From Strigamia acuminata (lineage: Eukaryota): a stretch of 64,000 nt of DNA. Position numbers and translations under genes: made by a program. Shown here one piece after another: positions 44,951 to 55,844 of the stretch. The first letter of the stretch is position 1. Every line of letters begins with the position of its first letter. Location: contig OX442314.1 in the NCBI GenBank assembly GCA_949358305.1, positions 17,794,001-17,858,000 of the forward strand, written 5' to 3'. Below the pieces are notes generated by a model. It saw only the letters and a program-made list of their open reading frames with translations, did not search any database and was not told the origin of the DNA.

Positions 44951-45189
44951 ATAATATATCAGACTGGTAATAAAGTTAATCATACACATGTGTTACTATT
45001 TGAAATGAAATTTATTTTATTACATTCAAATCGTACATCCAGACGAGATTCCATCCTTGATAGCGACATTATCAATTTTCTAAATAACAAAAACAAGTTA
45101 AAATTTTTTTATAATATATGTGAATTTATCAATATATACTGTATTAACGAATCAGGGTGGGATTTCCAATCTTGGAAAGTGGGTGGGAC

Positions 45190-45294
45190 AGTAACATCAT
45201 TTATTTGTTATTCATACAATTAATATTTTGCTTCATTACTTTGCAAAATTTACTATTGTATAACATCAACAAATAAATGATGTTACTTATGGCT
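45190..45294. repeat. DIRS internal complementary region (ICR)
   Basis: 45190-45257 is the reverse complement of the left terminus 44771-44838, and 45253-45294 is the reverse complement of the right terminus 50193-50234. The halves overlap at CTATT (45253-45257). The ICR overlaps the YR stop codon. Confidence 0.93.
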
Positions 45295-46459
45295 GTTCGT
45301 AGCCACTCAAAATGGTTGAGGAAAATTCATGCGTTATATTATCAATTGGTTTGTTATAATGATTGTGAAACGTTCTTGCTGTGGACCAATCCGCAGCTTT
45401 CATAATATGAGAGAGATGTAAACCTTTACTGAATGCAAAAGAGGTCGAAGCTGCTCTTGTGGAATGCGCTTTAAAAATAGAAGTGTCTATTCCTGCATTA
45501 GTAAGAATTGTTTTCACCCATCTAGCGATGGTACTGATGGAGACTGGTTGAAAGGGTTGAGATGAAGAAAGAAAAAACTGTTTATGATGGCCCCTGAATG
45601 GTGTTGAAAATTTCAAGTAAAATTTTACTGCTGAAACAGGACATAAATCAGTATCCGTGAAAGAATTGACTACAAAAGGTGCCTGGGACCCAGATTTTCG
45701 GGTCTTAAGTAAAGGAATGCTACATGAGTTTTCATAAAATGTTATCTCGGAAGATAAGGCACATAAATCAGAAGATCTACTCGCAAGACAGAGTGCTAGA
45801 ATGCCTATTGTTTTGAGATTCACAGCTAATTTTGGGGATGACTGATTTAAGGAAATGCTTTTTAAATAGATTAGAACTGGGCCTACATGCCAGATGTGGG
45901 AGTATCTTGGTTTAGGGGGTTTTGAAAGAAAAATACCCTTCATTACTCGATGTATTAAAGGATGGGTTCCTAAAGCTTCATGCCCACTCACACAGAGTGT
46001 CTGAGAAATTGCTGATCTGTAGCAGTTTATGGTATTATAAGCCAAGCCAGAAATAGAAAGAGTACTAAGAAAATTAGCTAGTTGGAAGTGAGATGGCGAA
46101 AAAGGGTTAACATGTTTTTTCTGAGCCCATTCGCACCAGCTTCTCCAGTAACGTTCATAGTTTTTAGCTGATGATTTTTTCCAGGAAGATCCCACCAACC
46201 TGGAAGCCTCTTCTGAAAGTCCCTCGTTTCTAAGCTTGGTGAGGAGAGTTTCCATGCAGCTAGAAGTAGTGATTGATTCAGAATCAGAGGGTGAGATTCT
46301 CCCTTTGGATTGAGTATCAATTGAGGGTGGTTCGGTAGCAGACAGGGAATGTCTGTCGACAGCTTCCAAAGCATAGGGAACCATGGTTGGGCGGTCCAGA
46401 CTGGGGCAATCAACACCAATTCCTGTGTGAAGGAAGCATATTTCAGTCGTTGAATGCAA
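45287..46459 (-). CDS. DIRS tyrosine recombinase (YR) with N-terminal SAM-like integrase domain
   Basis: 390-aa ORF with catalytic residues in order: R (ASRSSD), K (KTRK), HSTR, W (AADW), Y (HNHYNKPI). N-terminal NYERYWRSWCEW..YNTINCYRSAIS segment. Overlaps the pol ORF at 46078-46459 in another frame. Confidence 0.93.
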   Translation of the reverse strand: MHSTTEICFLHTGIGVDCPSLDRPTMVPYALEAVDRHSLSATEPPSIDTQSKGRISPSDSESITTSSCMETLLTKLRNEGLSEEASRLVGSSWKKSSAKNYERYWRSWCEWAQKKHVNPFSPSHFQLANFLSTLSISGLAYNTINCYRSAISQTLCVSGHEALGTHPLIHRVMKGIFLSKPPKPRYSHIWHVGPVLIYLKSISLNQSSPKLAVNLKTIGILALCLASRSSDLCALSSEITFYENSCSIPLLKTRKSGSQAPFVVNSFTDTDLCPVSAVKFYLKFSTPFRGHHKQFFLSSSQPFQPVSISTIARWVKTILTNAGIDTSIFKAHSTRAASTSFAFSKGLHLSHIMKAADWSTARTFHNHYNKPIDNITHEFSSTILSGYEQP

Positions 46460-48476
46460 GCAGGAATAAGTGCAAATGGGGGAAAAGCATATGGAATTCC
46501 AGAACCCCAGTTTTGGATTAGAGCATCAAAAGCCTTTGCTGAAGGATCTGGCTTCCAACTGTAATAAGGTGAAAGCTGAAAATTATGATTAGAGGCGAAT
46601 AAATCGATACAAAATGGACCCCACAGGTTGGAAATAAGGTTAAAGACCTCTTGATCTAATTTCCAATCACCCGAATCAAACAGACTACCTCGTGAAGCTG
46701 CGTCTGCCAAACAGTTATCTGTACCTGGGATGTGTTCCGCTAAAATTGTTAAGTTTCTGTCCATTGCCCAAGACCACAAGTCCTGAGCTACCGCAGTTAA
46801 TTCTGATGATCGTGGGCTACCGAGATTATTTATTGCTGCTATGGCTGATGTATTATCCATTTTAATTCGAATGGACACTCCTGACTGGTCCCTAGCTAAA
46901 GCTTTTAGTGCCCAGAAAGCTGCTACAAGCTCAAGAACGTTGATATGTTTAGAAAGGTAAACTCCTGTCCATACACCTCCAATGCTTGTGTTTCCCGAAA
47001 CTGCACCCCATCCTGTGGATGAAGCATCCGACTCTAAAGTTAGAACAACTGGTTTTGGAATAAGAGATCTACCTTTGCATGAATTCAAATTTCTAATCCA
47101 CCATCTTAATTCGTTACGGGATTCTTTGTTAAGATAGCATTCAGATTCATACGAACCCTTACGTAAGAAACGCGTCTTTAGTTGCTGAAGTCCTCGATAA
47201 TGCAAAGGTGCAGAGGAAATCGCCAGAGCGGTGGCATTCAGTTTGCCAATAACTGAAGCTACTTCTCGAACAGACACTTTTTGTTTGTTAAGTAAATTCT
47301 TAATGGAAATCTGAATTCCTTTAGCCCTCTCCTCGGGTAAGGATACTAACATTTTGACTGAATCTATTTCAAAACCCAAAAAAATTAATTTTGTAGTAGG
47401 CTCTAAGATTGATTTTTTATTATTAACTATAAAACCTAAATTTTGAATTAAGGAAATGAAAAAATCTCTTTGTTTAATCAAAAGCTCTCTGTTTTCAGAT
47501 GTAAAAAACCAATCATCTATAAAAACTGCAAGAAGAACATTCAATGACCTTAAAAATGATGCTATTATTCGACATATCTTTGTGAAAATGTATGGGGCCG
47601 GACCTAAACCAAAGGGTAATACACCCAGTTCATAGAGGACTCCTTTCCAAATAAACCTAAGAAATTTTCTAAAATTCTTATCAATGGCCACTGAAAAATA
47701 GGCATCAGATAAATCAATTTTTATCATAAAATAATTCGGTTCAATAAGACTCAGTGCTGTGTGGATTCCTTCCATTTTAAAATGATGAAAGGTAATATGT
47801 TCATTTAATGGCTTTAAATTTAGAATTGGTCGGAAACCTCCATCCTTTTTTGGAACTAAAAACAAAAAACTAATAATCTGATCTGGTCTGTGGTTAACGG
47901 CATAAGCTGCACCTTTTCTAACCATATTTTTAACTTCCTCATCAATCAATAATGTTGCTTCCTCTGAAAAAACCGGATGAGTGAAAGGGGACTGAATGGG
48001 ATGAGATTCAAAATCAATCTGATATCCTTTAACTGTAGATAGGACCCAGGGATCACTAGTTAATTTCTTCCAATTGTGGATGCACAGAGGTAACCGGCTC
48101 GAACGAGCCGAAGATTGTGTAAATGGTATTTCAATAAAGGCTGATGAACTGGACCCCCCTGATTCGTAAATAAGAGGAGAAGATTCATGCATGTGTAAAT
48201 TCGACTCCTCACCCGATTTGTTATTTTTTGAATGATCTTTGGTGTATCCGCCACGCCCTCGTGTAAAAGGTTTCTTGTAAAAAGGCTTGGGACGACCGTC
48301 GGTTCCTTGGGTGTTACTTCTAGCCTGAAAATTCGTTTTCTGTTGATAACTTTGGTGCTTGTTGTCCCTGAAGTTTTGTTGGTATGGGTGTGATCGAAAA
48401 TGTGACCCTCCACCTCTGTTGCCGCCAGATCGCGTTCTTGCTTTGTCCAGGGCAAAAAACTCGTCAGATTGTTTTT
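46078..48476 (-). CDS. DIRS pol (RT, RNase H, DAM-like methyltransferase), preceded in frame by a gag C-terminal segment; putative exon 3
   Basis: RT motifs VPKKDGGFRPILNLK, KIDLSDAY, LPFGL, FIDD; RNase H motifs SDASSTGWG, HINVLEL, MDN, HIPGTDNCLADAASR; MTase motifs IDLFAS and YAFPPF. The frame is open upstream of the ATG at 48192 to the acceptor at 48477 and encodes the RGG/Q/N-rich KQSDEFFALDKARTRSGGNRGGG..RGRGG. Confidence 0.92.
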
Positions 48477-48544
48477 CTGAAACAAACGGAAATTTGTAAT
48501 AGTTTAGATAATATTCTCTGTTTCAGGCACATTATTATAGTTAC
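48477..48544 (-). other. Predicted 68-nt GT-AG intron 2 in DIRS gag
   Basis: GTAACT donor (weaker) and tttccgtttgtttcAG acceptor; contains the ORF2 stop; phase-1 removal gives ..AEYF-K-KQSDEFF.. in the pol frame. Confidence 0.6.
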
Positions 48545-49268
48545 TAAAGTATTCGGCGAACTTGTTTTCAAACAAGAATTCGTGATGGCTATGCCGGAAA
48601 GACTTTGAAATGTTGGTATTACGTCCCGCTAGCGCGTTCACAACATTAAATCGTCTCTCGTCATTTACTTTTGATGACAGACTACTAACTTGTAGTAGGA
48701 TTGCCTGCATAGCTGTTAATGCTTCAGACTTTGACAGAGGGTTATTGGCAAATTCCCTGTCAAAAACCTTGGCTGCAACTGCACCAATGCGTAGGATTGA
48801 GGAACCAATCTCTTTAAATACTTTCTCTCGGGCTGCAGAGTAGGAAGTCTTCCTGGAGTTTACGTATGCTTCCACATCGGGGTCCATTTTTGTCATTCTT
48901 AGGGCCGGGACCTGATGAGTCGGGCAAGGGAAGATCTTGGCCAGCTTAATTCGTAAAGTTTTACTAGGTCGTACTGTTAATTGTTTCTCAATCTGATTAG
49001 CGGATTCCTTAGCTAGAAATGGAATCTCCTCCTCGGATCCCCATTCGGATCCGTCCGAGTCCCCCTCTTGACTAGGAGACAAAAAACGTATCTCACTCGA
49101 TCCATTTTCGACACGATCGTACGGTTTGCGTCGGCAGGGAGAACCAAATTCTTCACGGGAGCGGTCCCAATCGGTTTCCATATAGTTGCGTCCACAACCT
49201 CGCCCCTCGTGGTGCTTTTGACCATCGTAATAAGCTCCCGAATCATTGAAATCGAATGATCGACGAGA
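48545..49268 (-). CDS. DIRS gag-like ORF, putative exon 2
   Basis: Frame of ORF 48504-49181 is open upstream to 49268 (SRRSFDFNDSG..NYMETDWDR). Position upstream of pol and a helical, basic composition ending ..LFENKFAEYF fit a DIRS gag. Confidence 0.72.
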
Positions 49269-49335
49269 CTAAAAATAAAAAATCTTGCATATAGTATAAG
49301 TGGTTTCAGCCCACAACATAATGTGAAATACTTAC
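49269..49335 (-). other. Predicted 67-nt GT-AG intron 1 in DIRS gag
   Basis: GTAAGT donor and ttttatttttAG acceptor; AT-rich; contains the ORF1 stop; phase-0 removal joins ORF1 to the ORF2 frame. Confidence 0.75.
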
Positions 49336-49986
49336 GTTTTCCTGACTGAGATCGCTTCTCTTGTCCGCGATGGACCATGAGCCATGCTGATCTCTGACAA
49401 ACTTCCCGCGCAATGGGGAAATTCCATCATAGTCTGGAAGATCATAATGAACAGAATTGATATTTCTATCACCGCTCCACCTGTCTTTGCTAGAGCAGGG
49501 CATTTGCGAGAAATCAATCAAATCATTTTGGGTAGAAAAAAGGGAGTCAGGCAGTCCTTTAGCTTTTGCCGCCTCATGTCTCAGATTGTCAAAATATTCC
49601 CTGGAGATGGTTATATTACTATCCACCTCTCTGTCCGATTCCTCTGTAGAGCTGTTATGGTCTGCTGGATTGATCTGAATGTTTCCCTCATCGTGGCCGT
49701 CATTTTCCTCGCCCGCTGCAGACTTGTCGGTAACATGGAGTTCGGCGGAGGTAACTGCCGCAACTTCGGTCACGGATTTTTTGCGTCCGGAACGTGTTCG
49801 TGACGAAATGATTTCAGCACGCGGATGCGATGTTACCAAATTGTTGATGATATGCCCACGCGACGTTTTGGGAACATCAATGGCCGCCTCGATTCTGGTT
49901 CCTCCGCGTGGTCGGGTAATTGGTGGTGTGCTTTTCGAAGCATCGTTACCCATTTTCCTTCTTCTTACGATAGCTGCTTCTGCCAT
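49336..49986 (-). CDS. DIRS gag-like ORF, putative exon 1
   Basis: First ATG ~100 nt inside the 5' ITR; 217 low-complexity codons ending at the donor AAC|GTAAGT (GT 49335-49334). Confidence 0.7.
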
Positions 49987-50087
49987 GTGACGAATTAGTT
50001 CAAAAGCAATGAAGAAATTACCAAATTTAAGTGATAATTTAAATAAAAGTCGGAGACTTAAAAAACGTGTACTGACCAGTGGTCAGT

Positions 50088-50219
50088 AAAAATTGGACTG
50101 GTGGTCAGTAGTGGCAGTAGCCCTATTATCGGGCACGCCACCTGACGGTTTTTTTCTTTAAAAGTACTGATTTTGGTACATTAAATTGGACAAGCCATAA
50201 GTAACATCATTTATTTGTT
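50088..50219. repeat. DIRS 5' ITR core, with a unique terminal extension at 50220-50234
   Basis: Reverse complement of 44819-44950. Confidence 0.93.
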
Positions 50220-53200
50220 GATGTTATACAATAGAAAGATTATATCCTAAATTAAACGGTAGAACTCTAAACGGATTACATTTATTTAAAGTTTAGTCTA
50301 GGGTGCTGTGAAGAAGCTGTGATTTGTCGGTTCATTTTTTTTAAGGTCCATTAAAAGAAATTTGTTGCTCAATTCAAAGGAGCCATGCGTTCACTTAAGA
50401 ATTCTTGCAATAACAGTGCATGATCAAAAGGTTAAGGTTTATTATAAGTGTAAAATGGGAATGTAATGTGTCTACGTAGGCAAAGTCGTTTTATTCGTCC
50501 CTTTGAGGCCTCATTCTTTCAACAAATCTAAGTGCACACGGGACAAAATTAATTTTTTTCATCTTTTCTTTTTTAAAACAAATAATGTCAAACTAAAAGC
50601 TTTTGGAACGTATTTTTTATCCCGCAAGTTTTTATTTTTTATTTACGGGTTAAACCAGATGGCGATACTGTAAGAAATCTGATTTAAACTGACAATAATT
50701 TAGTTGGCATTGTATTACGTTTAGACGTGATAATAATACTAAAGTTAAAGTGTGGAAAAAACGGATTAGATAGAAGAAGAAAAATCTAATGAAGATACAA
50801 AAAGTGAATCGATGGCTGTGCTGCTGATCTCTGTAAATAGCGTCATAATTTTTGTTGGGAATGACGTAACTAAAAAAAAGGGGATGGGGAGGAGGGGAGA
50901 AAGGGCCATAGTTGAGATCTGTTGGTTATGGAGTTTATGGAGCGTTTTGCTGACATAGGAGTATTATAAATGAAAGAAAAATAACAAAGTGGATGTGAGG
51001 GTGCGAAAGTGGTGTGCGGTGATTGGTGATGTAGATCAGTCGTTGGTGAGGTCAGTCTCTGGTGGAAGCGTACGGCGTGGCGTAGGGTTGGAGAGTTGAG
51101 TGTTTGCACTTCGATTTATTGCAGCCATTTGTCATTTTTATGGCTGGTTGCTGTGTTGTACAAGGTTAAAGTAAAACCCTGGACTGTGGAAGAAAAATCT
51201 CTTTTGACAAGGTGTTTGCACTAGGTAAATACCGAGTCCTGCAATTCATCTGTCTCTTGGATGGTGATGGTCTTTGCTCGATCTTTGGTCACGGGGATTT
51301 TTTCGTTTACCTTGTCGCACTCTTGACCGATTTTCGGTTTAGTGGATTTGCTGAGTTGGCAGACGTGGGATTTTGATTCTATACGAATGAAATATTAGCA
51401 GCGAAGTCTTGGAATCGAGAACGAGGGCAAAAATAGCAAAATACTGAATTTTTAATAATAAAACTAGACAAACAATACTAGCAAATCCTTTTAAAAACAA
51501 CCCAAAGTGCTCTTCATCTTCGGTGGTTTAAGTCTTGACAGTTTCTACACTTTTTTTCCAAATTCGAAACTGATAAAACACAAGCCAAAATTGCTATTTC
51601 GGTCGGAAATTTTGGAAAAATCAATACCTGGGCTATTGGTAGGTTATTACCACAAATAACTTGTGGTCCATTTATCTTTGGGCGTTTTTATTGGCCGGAA
51701 GTGGACGATTTCAATGAATTTTGAATATGTGCATTTAACTGGTTTGATTGTTGCTTGGCCTAAGTTTACAGTTTGCCGTAGGATTGAATGAAGTTGAACG
51801 ATTTTGTTCCCTAGACCCAAAAGCTTGATCAATCATTGTCAAACGCAATCAGGGATCAATGGAGCAACCTTCATCTTGATGGTTTCCTGCGTAGCATCAC
51901 CTTGGTGGCTTTTCAGCTGATTTCATTTCCACACTCCCCCATCTTATCACTTCTCAAACATCATCTCACGACTGATTGGAATTAGTGGATTATTTTCTTT
52001 AGCGGTCAATTCAAGCTGAAACGTAATGCAATCAGTAATGCTATTATCCGCCCCGTGTTTAAAAAGAAAAAAAAAGTATATTATATTTTTTATGGCTTCA
52101 TTATCTGAGGAATAATGCATTTTTATCTGTGTGACAAGTTGATTTATGGGGTCAGATTTAGAATGAAAGTGGAAATTGTCATTGATCTAAAAGATATTCG
52201 TGTGATTTGTAGTGTCGTTTGAATAAAATGTGTGACGTCTTAATCCGTGTATGTTATAAGGAGTAGAGAGCAAAGGCAACGCCCTGATTATGCTACAGGC
52301 CAGTGCTCTTTGCATCTCTTTGATGGAGATAGCGGCAGTGTAATTAGCGACCTGCTTCCCCAGTGAGTTTAGAGATGAGTTCTTGGTCCGGTTGTTTCTG
52401 TATGTTAATGCGTTTCGCAGCAAGTAGTCTTGGTTTTCATTAGTCCATTTACTTTACCTAACTGGGACTCAGTTGGGAAATTAAATCAGGTCTTACTTGT
52501 TTGTTGTTGCTCGATTTTTAACAAGTTCTTCTTGCAAAGTGCGTCCGGGTTTTCTTGTTTTAAAAGTAATTATTTTTGCAAAGTTAGTTTTGGTGGATAT
52601 TTTTATTTTGTTTCTTTGATTGATGAAAGGAAATAAAGAGATTTGTTGGGGATGGATTGAAGGGTAGAACGCTATCTATTTTTTTCAGCCTGTATGGATT
52701 ATTCTATTTATTCAAGTCTTGAGAGATTGGTTTTCTAAAAATACACTATTGGGGATTATTTCTAAAAGCTTTTTCAGTTTTAGTCTTGATTTGCAACGTG
52801 AAAATGGATTTCGTAATTACACATGGACGTGAGAGCTGGAATATAAATGGTACTGCAAACGAGGCTAAGTTGAGAGACACTGTCAAGGAGCTTTTAAAAA
52901 TTAATTATAGTCACGTTGTTTACTTACGTTTGATGAAGTTTTAATCAGAATGAACGGTGGTGTGCTTGTTTATATGGCGACAGAAGAGAGATTGGATTTA
53001 TTTAATTAAATAAATTTATTGTGACGAAAATCAAGCAAAAATATTACCATCCATTTTAAATTGTCACACTTTACTCTATTTGCGAAACGAAATTTCATTA
53101 ATACATTCATACCACATTCGAGATATTCGTAATGGCATTTGCACGAATGCTGCATGGAGAATTTTTTTCGGTGTTAATAAAAATTGAATTGAAATGATGA

Positions 53201-54249
53201 AATCACGTGTGGATTTTTTTTTAGTGTGTTCAAAGAAGCAGCGAAGCAAACCCGAATTAAGTAAAAAACAGGAAGTGGTGTGATGTATGATAAAGAACTC
53301 ATCTTTAGTTGAAATTCGGTTTTTTCCATGTAAAAAGGGAATAAGGAAAGAAGCTGTTTGATTGAGTATTTAAAATTTTCTTGTATTTGAACAATCAATC
53401 ACAATCTCGCTTTTGTTTAGCGATAAGATTTCGACGTTTGTTTTTGGTTTGATTGCTGAACAGAAAGAAAGATTTCTGCTTAAATTCGATTTGATTGGTC
53501 CAAATTGAATGAAAGCAGGATTTGAATTGAATTTCTAGAAGAATCAACAGTAGAGAAATTATAAGCCAGCCACCAGAAGCAAACTACATTCCCGAGTATG
53601 CCAGTTTTTGCCAGTTTCGTTTTCTGGTTAACTTGAAATGTAGTCCTGTGTCTGTTGGTGCAGTGTGGCTTTGTTTTTTTTTCTTTTTCTACCGTGTTTG
53701 TTGTGTTGGATGGTTTTGGGGTCTTGGTTTTTGGGGCGTCTGTGCGTTGTGTGTGCTTATTGCTGCTCGGGTGGAGTTGGTAACTTGAGTTTGCTCGTAT
53801 GGGTTTTGTTTGTAGTGGCTTGTATCGGTTATTGGTGGTGGGTTAATTTTTTTGGAGTTGATACAGAGGTATGTTTGTTGTGCTGGTCAGTAGTTACAGT
53901 TTAGTTGGTGTGGTGGGTGGTTAGTGGTTTGTGTGTGGGGGGCGGTCTTGTTTGGTTTGTGTGGTTTCTAGTTAAAGGTTTGTCTGTTGTTGGTTATCTG
54001 TAGGTACGGTGCTGTGCCTGTCGTCGCGTTGGGTTTGGATGTTCGGAAAAGGTCAAGTAAGGTGGTGTTCGTGTTTGATTTGTCTGCTTTTGTGGGTTTG
54101 TTTACTTGGCATTTTCTCAGCAGCTGGAGCTGATTTGTGACGACCTGCTTTATTTTTGAGTTGTGGTTGCTACTATTCGTTGGATCGCATTGCAATTATA
54201 TTTGTGCCGTTCAAAGACCATGGAATTTGTTCTTTTCAAGATGCTTGTT

Positions 54250-54588
54250 TGTTGGATTTTGTAGAATATTAGAAACATACCAAGTCTATCGGGAAAGGAC
54301 AAAGTTTGTTCCTAAACCGAACTCGATGGACAAACTCGGGCAATGGATAAAAAAGTTTTTGTTGAAAATTGGAGTTGATATGAGCTCGTTTGGACCATAT
54401 TCGACGCGAACAGCCTCCACAAGTACAGCGTCAAACCAGTTTCAGTGCTAGCAATTCTGACAGCTGCAGGTTGGACTGCAGAAAAAACATTTGCTAAGTT
54501 CTGTAACAAGCCTATTGTGAATCCCGATGCTTTCCAGACGGTGGTGCTTTTCTGCAACGCGTGGTCAGCATCGCCAACGCTAACTTGA
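54250..54588 (+). pseudogene. Decayed tyrosine-recombinase C-terminus from a second DIRS/PAT/Ngaro-like element
   Basis: LGQWIKKFLLKIGVDMSSFGPYSTRTASTS, a frameshift near 54430-54445, then VLAILTAAGWTAEKTFAKFCNKPI. Aligns by eye to IARWVKTILTNAGIDTSIFKAHSTRAASTS..IMKAADWSTARTFHNHYNKPI of the intact YR; catalytic H is replaced by Y and catalytic Y by C. Confidence 0.8.
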
Positions 54589-55210
54589 GATTGGGGTAGG
54601 AAGTTGGTGTATAAACTTGCTCAATAATGTGTAAACAAGAATTTTAGAAAGTTCCGTTATAAAAATTAAAAATAAAAAAACAGTTGGTGTGTGTTAGTTG
54701 GTTTTTATTTCAGGAAATAACGTTTTTTACGTCTTATTTTTCTTTAAGTTACTCCATTTATTTTGCTTGTTTTTAAGCAAGAGGTTGTGTCACTTATTTT
54801 CCTTAATTTATGTTAGGCAACAATGATACGATCGGAGCATGCTCGGTTGAAGAATTATTCTTATCGCAGTTGCGCACAATTCTGCGCGTTAGTAATGTTA
54901 ATATTTAATTTTATTTAGGAGCATTCAATGATAAGTCATTTATTTTACTTGTTTATTCATGTAAGCAAACTTTTAGTATTTGCTTAACCAATTTGAACGC
55001 GATAAATTGCTAAATAATTTGTCTAATTTGCTGATTACAATTTTTCAACTCACGCGGAAACTTCTTTAATGTTACGATTTGTTTACGCCCTATAAAATAG
55101 ACTAAAGAAGGATAGAAATAAAATAAAAGCTTGCTGGCCTAAATGAGGATAACTAGGGCACAACCTAAAGCTCTGAAGTCTTTTCTTTAGCCAGAGAGAT
55201 TACTGAGTTT

Positions 55211-55504
55211 GAATGTAATCTCGACTGGGTTTAGCTGAAGCGTAGTGTAACTATAAGTGGAGCGAATGATAACCAAATATCTCAAACGATGTAATCGGAG
55301 GTGTAACGATTAATCACGGTTAATCACTTTTTATTCTTCTTCGTATCGCTTGATTATGTATTTTCTTTAGTTTACACCTGGTGTGACCCAGTCAGTGGCG
55401 CCATCTCCTGTAACACCTCCGATTACATCATTTAAATGATATCCGGCTATCATTCGCTTCGCTTCGTAACAACGCTTCGGCTTTACTAAGCCAAGATTAA
55501 ATTC
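55211..55504. repeat. Imperfect inverted repeat (~95-bp arms), probable TE remnant
   Basis: Arms 55211-55307 and 55410-55504; perfect 17-bp core gatgtaatcggaggtgt (55288-55304) / acacctccgattacatc (55413-55429). Confidence 0.7.
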
Positions 55505-55651
55505 TACGAAACTACATTTTCCACAGATCAGATTCACATTCCACTTGAGATTTGCACCATTCGTATGAAGAAACAATGTATTGGGCTCTGAATATTTTAC
55601 AAACCGCAATTAAAAATTGAAGAAATGCGATCATATGTTGTTAGTTGTATT

Positions 55652-55844
55652 AAATTTGAAAAATGGCATAAATGGCGCGATTATTTTAATAAAACCTACC
55701 GTTACAAAATTTAATATTTACCATAGGCTTTTCGTGGTACTTAACCACTGACGATGATCGATAGATCGAAAGGCCTTTGGTAAATATTACATTTTGTAGT
55801 TTTTATTGAAAAATTCGCGCTATTTATGTCATTTTTCAAAATTT
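55652..55844. repeat. Imperfect inverted repeat (~80-bp arms), MITE-like remnant
   Basis: aaatttgaaaaatggcataaatggcgcga..taatatttaccataggcttttcg pairs with cgaaaggcctttggtaaatatta..tcgcgctatttatgtcatttttcaaaattt. Confidence 0.7.

Larger units (their letters stand above)
44771..50234 (-). mobile_element. DIRS1-type tyrosine-recombinase retrotransposon, full length, antisense in host intron
   Basis: gag-like, RT/RNase H/methyltransferase and YR ORFs on the - strand; inverted terminal repeats; internal complementary region next to the YR stop; AATAG at both ends (44771-44775, 50230-50234). Confidence 0.95.

Noticed and set aside
48384..49990. + strand ORFs overlapping DIRS gag
   Set aside because: Antisense shadows of the coding strand with no independent evidence.
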